Of a stretch of 40,742 bases of DNA, positions 10,137-16,366 are shown one piece after another. Every line of letters begins with the position of its first letter. The first letter of the stretch is position 1. Source of the stretch: Polyangia bacterium (GTDB lineage: Bacteria > Myxococcota_A > Polyangia > Palsa-1104 > SHYY01); the NCBI GenBank assembly GCA_036263495.1, contig DATAGU010000185.1:1-40742 (forward strand). The letters run 5' to 3'. The position numbers and the translations under genes were made by a program. The notes beneath the pieces are model-generated. The model did not search any database and had not been told where the DNA came from. It was given only the letters and a program-made list of their open reading frames with translations.

Positions 10137-10193
10137 AGCATGTGGGCGCGCCGCCGCCGTCCATGTCCATGCCGCACGAGGCGCAAGGGTGAC

Positions 10194-11612
10194 ATGAGCC
10201 AGAAGACCCGAGCGAGCGAAGAGCTCCCGGAGGGCCTGGGAGGGGCCGAGGCGTGGCCCGGTGGGTTGGTGGTGCCGGTGCCGGCCGAAGCGGCGGCAGC
10301 GGTGCGTCTGCCCTATGGGGTGCGCGATTACCTGCCGGCCGCGGCGGCGCGGCGGCGCGGCATTGCCGAGGGGCTCCTCGGGGAGTTCGAGCGCTGGGGC
10401 TATCGCCGCATCATCACGCCCATGTTCGAGTACGAGGCGGTGCTCGGCCGCGGTCTCGGGCGGGCCACGCGCGCCCAGGCCGTGCGTTTTGTCGAGCCCA
10501 CGAGCGGCGAAGTGGTTGCGCTGCGGCCGGACATCACTCCGCAGGTGGCGCGCCTGGTCGCGACGCGGCTAGCTAGCGAGCCGGGTCCGCTGCGGCTGGC
10601 CTATGAAGGTAGCGTGGTCCGCCTGGGCGGCAGCGCGCTGGGCGGCTCGGCCGAAGGGCAGCGCGAGTTGTTCCAGGCCGGTGTGGAGCTGGTGGACATG
10701 CCCGCGCCGGCCGGCGACGTCGAGGTGATCGCGCTCGCCGGTGCGGCGCTGGAGGCGGCCGGGCTCCGCCGCTACACCATTGATCTGGCCGAAATCTCGG
10801 TCGTGCGCGCGGCCCTTGGGGGCATCGCCGGGGCGGCGCTCGGGCCGCTCGAGCGGGCGGTGGCCAAGAAGGATGTCGAGGAGGTGGAGCGGCAGGCGCG
10901 GGGGCTCGATCTCGAGCCGGGTCGCCGGCGCCTGCTCGCGGCGTTGCCGTCGCTTTATGGCGGACCGGAGGTCCTCGATCGAGCGCAAGGGCTGCTCGAG
11001 GAGATCGAGGACACGGCGGCGCTGTCGGCCCTGGCCGGGCTGGCGGCGGTGGTGCGCCTCCTTCTACAGATGGATCCGGCCTGGGAGGCGCGCCTGGCCA
11101 TCGATCTCGGCGAGGTGCGGGGCTTCGATTACTACACCGGGCTCCGGTTCCAGGGATATGCGCCGGGCGTGGGGGCGGCGCTCGTCTCGGGTGGGCGCTA
11201 CGATCATTTGATCGAGCGGTATGGCCGGCGGCGCGGCGGCGCGGCGGGGTTCGCCGTGGACGTCGAGCGAGTGGCCGAGGCGCTCGATGCGCATGGCGTG
11301 CCGCATGCCGCACGGCCCAGTGGCGTGCTGGTGGCGGGCGACCTCTGCGTGGCCTCGCAGCTGGCGCGCGCCCTGCGGGCGGGCGGGACGCGGGTGGTGC
11401 AGGAGCTCGATCGAGGAAGTACCGATGAGGCGCTCCGCACGCGGGCGGCGCAGGCTGGTCTCGCCCATGTGCTCGTGCTCGAGCCGAGCGGGCAGGGAGG
11501 GCGCTGGTTGTCAGTAGAGAATGGGATCGAGGGGACCATCCCCGAGCCGGCGCTTGCCGCGGCCCTCGCAGCTGCACAGACACGGCTCGACGCCCTCGTG
11601 ACAGCGCGCTAG
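10194..11612 (+). CDS. hisZ: ATP phosphoribosyltransferase regulatory subunit (HisRS paralogue)
   Basis: Class-II aaRS-like motifs (RDYLP, RIITPMFEYEAV, LRPDITPQVAR, GGRYDHLIERYG) are present but there is no anticodon-binding domain. The gene lies immediately upstream of purA, the classic hisZ–purA arrangement. An alternative ATG at 10140 directly abuts the serA stop. Confidence 0.8.
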   Translation: MSQKTRASEELPEGLGGAEAWPGGLVVPVPAEAAAAVRLPYGVRDYLPAAAARRRGIAEGLLGEFERWGYRRIITPMFEYEAVLGRGLGRATRAQAVRFVEPTSGEVVALRPDITPQVARLVATRLASEPGPLRLAYEGSVVRLGGSALGGSAEGQRELFQAGVELVDMPAPAGDVEVIALAGAALEAAGLRRYTIDLAEISVVRAALGGIAGAALGPLERAVAKKDVEEVERQARGLDLEPGRRRLLAALPSLYGGPEVLDRAQGLLEEIEDTAALSALAGLAAVVRLLLQMDPAWEARLAIDLGEVRGFDYYTGLRFQGYAPGVGAALVSGGRYDHLIERYGRRRGGAAGFAVDVERVAEALDAHGVPHAARPSGVLVAGDLCVASQLARALRAGGTRVVQELDRGSTDEALRTRAAQAGLAHVLVLEPSGQGGRWLSVENGIEGTIPEPALAAALAAAQTRLDALVTAR

Positions 11613-11653
11613 AACCACGGTTCACCATGACCGAGAAGGTAAGGTAACGGCCC

Positions 11654-12937
11654 ATGGCCAATGTCGTGATCGTCGGTGCCCAGTGGGGCGATGAAGGCAA
11701 GGGAAAGGTCGTCGATCTCTACAGCGAGTTCGCCGATGTGGTCGTGCGCTACGGCGGGGGCGCCAACGCGGGCCACACCCTGGTGGTCGATGACCAGAAG
11801 GTCGTCACGCACCTCATTCCATCGGGCGTCCTGCGGGGCCGCGGCAAGCGCTGTGTGCTCGGGGATGGCATGGTCATCGACCCGCGCACGCTGCGGGAAG
11901 AGATCGAGACCCTCAAGTCGCGCGGGCTGCTGAGCGATGATCGCGACCTCCTCGTGAGCCGAGGCGCGCATGTGATCCTGCCCCTCCACCGCGAGCTCGA
12001 TCGGGTGCGCGAGCAGGGCAAGGCCGCGATCGGCACGACCAAGCGGGGCATCGGTCCGGCCTATGAGGCCAAGATGGCACGCCGGGGCGTGCGCATGGCC
12101 GACCTCCTGCAGCCCGAGCGGCTGCGGGAGCTGCTCGGACGCAATCGTGAGGAGGTGCAGCCGTACCTGACCGAGGACGTCTCGCTGCCGCCCCTCGAAC
12201 AGGAGCTCGAGGAGTACCTTGGACACGGTGCGGCGCTGCGGAAGTACCTCGGCGATGCCTCACGGTTCGTGTATGAGGAGATCCGGCGCGGGCAGCACGT
12301 GCTCTTCGAGGGTGCGCAGGGCACGCTGCTCGACGTGGATCATGGCACCTATCCGTACGTGACCTCGTCGTCGACGCTGGCCGGCGGGGCGTGCACGGGC
12401 GTGGGGATTGGCCCGACCGTGATCAATGCGGTCATCGGCATCTCCAAGGCCTACACGACGCGGGTCGGGCGCGGGCCGTTCCCCACCGAGCTCAACGACG
12501 AGATCGGCACGCGGCTGCGCGAGGTGGGTCAGGAGTTCGGCTCCACGACCGGGCGGCCGCGCCGCTGCGGCTGGCTCGACCTGGCCGCCTTGCGGCGGGC
12601 GGTGCGGCTCAATGGTCTCACGGGCCTCGCGCTGACCAAGCTCGATGTCCTGCGGGGCCTGCGCAAGATCAAGGTATGCGTCGGCTATACAGTAGAAGGG
12701 GAACAGCGCGACGAGATGCCGGTCGAGGCTGAAGAGCTGGCGGTCGCCAAGCCGATCTATGAGGAGCTGGATGGGTGGGACGTAGATCTCCGCGGGGCGC
12801 GGGACGCGGACGATCTGCCGGCGGCGACGCGGCGGTACGTGCGCCGCGTCGAGGCGCTGGCAGGGGTGGACGTGTGCCTCATCTCAGTGGGGCCGAGCCG
12901 CGCCGAGACCATCGTGCTCAAGAATCCGTTTCGGTGA
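11654..12937 (+). CDS. purA: adenylosuccinate synthetase
   Basis: 427 aa. The N-terminus MANVVIVGAQWGDEGKGKVVD is the canonical P-loop. GIGPAYEAK and GTTGRPRRCGWLD are also present. Confidence 0.95.
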   Translation: MANVVIVGAQWGDEGKGKVVDLYSEFADVVVRYGGGANAGHTLVVDDQKVVTHLIPSGVLRGRGKRCVLGDGMVIDPRTLREEIETLKSRGLLSDDRDLLVSRGAHVILPLHRELDRVREQGKAAIGTTKRGIGPAYEAKMARRGVRMADLLQPERLRELLGRNREEVQPYLTEDVSLPPLEQELEEYLGHGAALRKYLGDASRFVYEEIRRGQHVLFEGAQGTLLDVDHGTYPYVTSSSTLAGGACTGVGIGPTVINAVIGISKAYTTRVGRGPFPTELNDEIGTRLREVGQEFGSTTGRPRRCGWLDLAALRRAVRLNGLTGLALTKLDVLRGLRKIKVCVGYTVEGEQRDEMPVEAEELAVAKPIYEELDGWDVDLRGARDADDLPAATRRYVRRVEALAGVDVCLISVGPSRAETIVLKNPFR

Positions 12938-13291
12938 AACACTCTCCGCTGCCGATGCATGGCATTCGCCAGGAGAGGAGCCTCCCGGGATGTAAGGGAC
13001 GGGAGTGGGCGGGGCCCGCATGGAATCGGCCACTGATCAACAGGTAGATCGATCCCGTCGCGGCGGCGTTATAAATGTCCGGACGATGTGCTCGCGAGGA
13101 GGAGAGAGCCGTGTTTCGCAGCCCGACACTGATAACGGCGGCGATCCTGCTAGCCTTCGGGGCAGGCTTTGCATTTCTCGCCTTGCGATCGTGCGGCAGC
13201 TAGCTTGCCTGTTAACTCCAACCCGTCTACACTCTCGATTCCGAATCGATAATCCAGGGTCACAGCATCTCCCAACCAAGGACGCCACTCG

Positions 13292-15049
13292 ATGAAGATC
13301 GTATGCGACAACTGCGCGACCAAGTACTCGATTGCCGATGAGAAGGTCCGCGGCAAGGTCTTCAAGATCCGTTGTAAGAAGTGCAGCCATGTCATCGTCG
13401 TGAAGGGTGGAGAAGGCGGGCAATCCGAGATCATGCCCGGCGATCCTTCTGCCTACGACGGCGAGGACGCGACCGCGATGGCCACTGCGGCTCCTTCGGG
13501 CGAAGGGGTCTGGCATCTGGTGATCGATCGCGAGCAGGTCGGCCCCATGACACCCGAGGAGGTTCGGGCCAAGGTCGCCGCGGCTCAGGCCGATGCAGAC
13601 ACCTATGCCTGGCGCGAGGGGTTTGGCGATTGGGTGCGCCTCGGCTCGATCGATGAGTTCCGGGATCTCGACACCGGCGCCGTCCCGCCCCCGTCGATGG
13701 GCATGGGCACCAACGGGGCCGAGGAGATCCGGCCGCAGGCCACGCCGGCGGCGGTGGCCGCGACGGCGGCGAGCATGAGCAGCTCGAATGATGATTTCTT
13801 CTCTGCGCCGGCGAGCTTCCCTGGGATGGGCGGTGGCAGGGATCAGGTGGCCGCGGAGCGGCCAGGGGCCTTTGGTTTCGATGCTGGTAATGGAGCGAAC
13901 TCCTCGAGCAGCAAGCTCACCGGCCAGCGCAACGAGAGCTCGGTCCTGTTCTCTCTGAACAATTTGCAGGGTCTGGCCACGCAGGCCAAGCCTGCCGCCG
14001 CAGCGCGTCCCGGAGGGGGGATGGCGGCGGCCGGCCCTGCGCCAGCCCCGAGCGGCAACACCGAGGGGTCGGGTCTCATTGATATCCGGGCCATGGCTCA
14101 GCAGACGATCGGCGCGCCGGGCGGACCCTCCGCCTCGAGCGGCATGGAGCCGCCGATCGTGAGCGCCGCACCGGTGATCTCGTCCATGATGGCGGCGCCG
14201 ATCCTGATGCCGGCACAGTCGACCGGCACCCCCAAGTGGATCTGGGGCGTGGTGGGCGGCGGCGTCCTCCTCGTGGGCGGCATCGTGGCCATCCTGGTGG
14301 TCCTCCTGACTCGCAAGCCGGAGACCATCACCGTGCAGCAGCCGACAGGAACCCAGCCGACGGCGGTGGCGGCGAATCCCGCCCAGCCGCAGCCCGCGGC
14401 GACCGGGACGCAGCCGGCAGGGACGGGAACGACCGCAGCGCCGGCGGCGCCGAATACGGCGGCTGGTACGGCGGTGGCTGACAAGGGTGGCGATAAGCCC
14501 CGGTCGGGCAAGCCGGACAAGGGCAGCAAGCCGTCGTCCAGTACCACCAAGCCGGGCGACAAGGGGGGGAAGGGTGGTGATGTGGTGGCCGCTGCCGCTC
14601 CGCCGGTCAGTTCGACCCCGGCTCCCTCGAGGGGGGGCGGCAGCTCCTCGAAGCCCTCGAAGGGCGGCGATACGACGCTCGACGATCTCCTGGATGGGGC
14701 CACTGGAGGCAGCGGCAAGACCAGTTCGCGCAAGCCCGCACAGGAGGATAGCGGTGGTGGTGGCAGCGATTCGAACCTGCCCGACCAGCTCGGCCGCGAC
14801 GACATCAAGAAGGGTATGGGCTCGGTCCAGAGCAAGGCGAAGGCCTGCTTCCAGCAGTACCATGTGCCCGGGACCGCGCTGGTGGCCGTGGTCATCGGTC
14901 AGAGCGGCAAGGTTCAGGAAGCCGACGTCAAGGGTGTGCTCGCCGGCACGCCGACAGGGGATTGCGTCCAGAAGGCCGTCAAGGGCGCTTCCTTTGGGCG
15001 GTTCAAGGGGTCGCCGATGTCGGTGACCTACCCCTTCGTCCTGCCATAA
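13292..15049 (+). CDS. GltJ/AgmX-like protein: N-terminal MJ0042-type zinc ribbon, GYF-like domain, low-complexity linker, single TM, Pro/Ala/Thr-rich periplasmic region, conserved C-terminal globular domain
   Basis: The zinc ribbon reads MKIVCDNCATKYSIADEKVRGKVFKIRCKKCSHVI. The GYF-like segment is WHLVIDREQVGPMTPEEVRAKVAAAQADADTYAWREGFGDWVRLGSIDEF. The TM helix is WIWGVVGGGVLLVGGIVAILVVLLT. The C-terminal ~90 aa (QSKAKACFQQYHVPGTALVAVVIGQSGKVQEADVKG...) resemble the TonB-C-like domain of myxobacterial gliding-motility GltJ/GltG. RBS AAGGA. Confidence 0.55.
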   Translation: MKIVCDNCATKYSIADEKVRGKVFKIRCKKCSHVIVVKGGEGGQSEIMPGDPSAYDGEDATAMATAAPSGEGVWHLVIDREQVGPMTPEEVRAKVAAAQADADTYAWREGFGDWVRLGSIDEFRDLDTGAVPPPSMGMGTNGAEEIRPQATPAAVAATAASMSSSNDDFFSAPASFPGMGGGRDQVAAERPGAFGFDAGNGANSSSSKLTGQRNESSVLFSLNNLQGLATQAKPAAAARPGGGMAAAGPAPAPSGNTEGSGLIDIRAMAQQTIGAPGGPSASSGMEPPIVSAAPVISSMMAAPILMPAQSTGTPKWIWGVVGGGVLLVGGIVAILVVLLTRKPETITVQQPTGTQPTAVAANPAQPQPAATGTQPAGTGTTAAPAAPNTAAGTAVADKGGDKPRSGKPDKGSKPSSSTTKPGDKGGKGGDVVAAAAPPVSSTPAPSRGGGSSSKPSKGGDTTLDDLLDGATGGSGKTSSRKPAQEDSGGGGSDSNLPDQLGRDDIKKGMGSVQSKAKACFQQYHVPGTALVAVVIGQSGKVQEADVKGVLAGTPTGDCVQKAVKGASFGRFKGSPMSVTYPFVLP

Positions 15050-15068
15050 TCCCTCGTCCTCCCTCCCC

Positions 15069-15812
15069 TTATTCTTCGCTGCGAATCGCCTTCCGCCGCC
15101 GCATCTCGCGGCGGCGGAACCATACGATCACCGAGAGGGCCGAGATCGCGCTGATGACGGCGCCCATCAAGGCCACGGGGAGAGACCTCGGTCTGAGCCT
15201 CACGGTGTGATCGATGAAGCGGAAGCCGACCGAGCGATCTTCGAGCAGCGAGAACTTCGGTCCCTGGAACAAGAAGCGCACCTGCCGGCCGTTGTCTTCG
15301 CGCCCCTGCCATGCAGCGATCAGATCGACGCCCGGGCCTTCTTCGAGCCGGATCTCGGTCTCGCCCAGCTCTTCGATGGGGGTGGTATCGTCGAGGTGGA
15401 TGCGGTGCTCGCCGCCGCCGGCAGCGACGCGGCCGACCAGATCGATGGAGAAGGGGATGGGGCCAACCTGGGTGTCGGTAGAGAAGCCGGGCGTGGGCGG
15501 CTCCCAGCGGATCGGTCTCCGAGTGCCGTCCACCTCGACCGTCAGGCCGCGGTTGACCGCTTCGCGCAGCGCGTTGGCGGCGGCCTGCTGCTCGCTCGGA
15601 TCGACCCGGCCGTTGCCATTGGCGTCGGCGCCTTTGCGCGCCCGCAGCGCCGGCACTTCGCCCACCATCAGCGTGTAGGCCAAGCGGATCTCGCCTTTGC
15701 CGACCAGCGTCACCTTGAGATAGCGGTTCTGGCCGGTGGGTGAAAACTGGGGGTGCGCCGCGGCCGTCGCCGTCAGGCCGAGGAACGGGAGAGCACGAAA
15801 GAGGCGTCGCAT
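15069..15812 (-). CDS. secreted protein with a canonical EF-hand Ca2+-binding loop and a C-terminal TM anchor
   Basis: Start taken at MRRLFRALPFLGLTATAAAHP (signal peptide). The upstream part of the track ORF is Arg/Pro-rich junk. The EF-hand loop DANGNGRVDPSE fits D-x-N-x-N-G-x-V-D-x-x-E. The C-terminal hydrophobic helix VALMGAVISAISALSVIVWF is followed by a basic RRREMRRRK tail. Confidence 0.55.
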   Translation of the reverse strand: MRRLFRALPFLGLTATAAAHPQFSPTGQNRYLKVTLVGKGEIRLAYTLMVGEVPALRARKGADANGNGRVDPSEQQAAANALREAVNRGLTVEVDGTRRPIRWEPPTPGFSTDTQVGPIPFSIDLVGRVAAGGGEHRIHLDDTTPIEELGETEIRLEEGPGVDLIAAWQGREDNGRQVRFLFQGPKFSLLEDRSVGFRFIDHTVRLRPRSLPVALMGAVISAISALSVIVWFRRREMRRRKAIRSEE

Positions 15813-16063
15813 CGGCAGGTGATCCAGGGAAGGTCGAAGGGTGAGACCGCCCGTGCCGATGAGCGCAGCGGCGGGGCGGCGCTGGGGATGGAGGCCATGC
15901 GCATGGCTGCGGTACGGCCTCCTATCTGGGACGCAGGGTGATGTAGCACGCGCCGAGCGCACGTCGCAAGCAAGCCCCCGGTGATGTTTGGGCCGGCCCG
16001 GCTCGCCTTCCGCGTGTGGCTTGACCAGTCGGCGGAGGGCGTGCGACCCTGCCGGCGCTCTCA

Positions 16064-16069
16064 AGGAGG
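16064..16069 (+). promoter_or_regulatory. Shine-Dalgarno AGGAGG for the biotinyl-domain ORF
   Basis: AGGAGG lies 5 nt upstream of the GTG at 16075. Confidence 0.6.
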
Positions 16070-16074
16070 CAGAC

Positions 16075-16290
16075 GTGGCGATCGAGGTCTATGCGCACAT
16101 CACCGGGACCGTGTGGAAGATCGAGGTGCAGCCCGGCGCGAACGTGAACGAAGGCGAAGTGCTGGTCATCCTCGAGTCGATGAAGATGGAGATGCCGGTG
16201 GAGGCGCCGTCGTCGGGGACGGTGCGGGAGATCCTGGTGTCGGAGGGGCAGCCCATCGCCGAGGGCGCTGTCATCGCGGTGTTGGAGTAG
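16075..16290 (+). CDS. standalone biotinyl/lipoyl-attachment domain protein (BCCP-like, ~72 aa)
   Basis: GTG start with a perfect AGGAGG RBS. Contains the biotinylation motif ESMKMEMPVEAP (E-[AS]-M-K-M) inside a hybrid-motif beta-sandwich sequence. No carboxylase or carboxyltransferase partner in the window. Confidence 0.7.
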   Translation: MAIEVYAHITGTVWKIEVQPGANVNEGEVLVILESMKMEMPVEAPSSGTVREILVSEGQPIAEGAVIAVLE

Positions 16291-16302
16291 CGCGGCAGTT
16301 AC

Positions 16303-16339
16303 CGCGTGGCGGAGCCGTCGAGGACCGCTCCGCCACGCG
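16303..16339. terminator. GC-rich 13-bp perfect inverted repeat between the convergent biotinyl-domain and MVP genes (bidirectional terminator candidate without a U-tract)
   Basis: CGCGTGGCGGAGC, an 11-nt loop, then GCTCCGCCACGCG. Located between the stop at 16290 and the stop at 16367. Confidence 0.4.
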
Positions 16340-16366
16340 TTGGCCACCCTGGATGCGGTGGCCCGA

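Noticed and set aside
10140-10193. Alternative hisZ start at ATG 10140 directly abutting the serA stop
   Set aside because: It is possible (translational coupling). However, the 18 extra residues are Arg/Cys/Pro-rich (MWARRRRPCPCRTRRKGD), unlike HisZ N-termini. I prefer ATG 10194 and retain uncertainty.
13037-14895. 608-aa and 265-aa minus-strand ORFs overlapping the GltJ-like gene
   Set aside because: Arg/Gly-rich shadow ORFs. The plus frame carries the zinc ribbon, GYF domain, TM helix and conserved C-domain.
15813-16064. Upstream extension of the EF-hand protein ORF (track start 16064)
   Set aside because: The extra 84 residues are Arg/Pro/His-rich junk. A clean signal peptide begins at the internal Met (15812).
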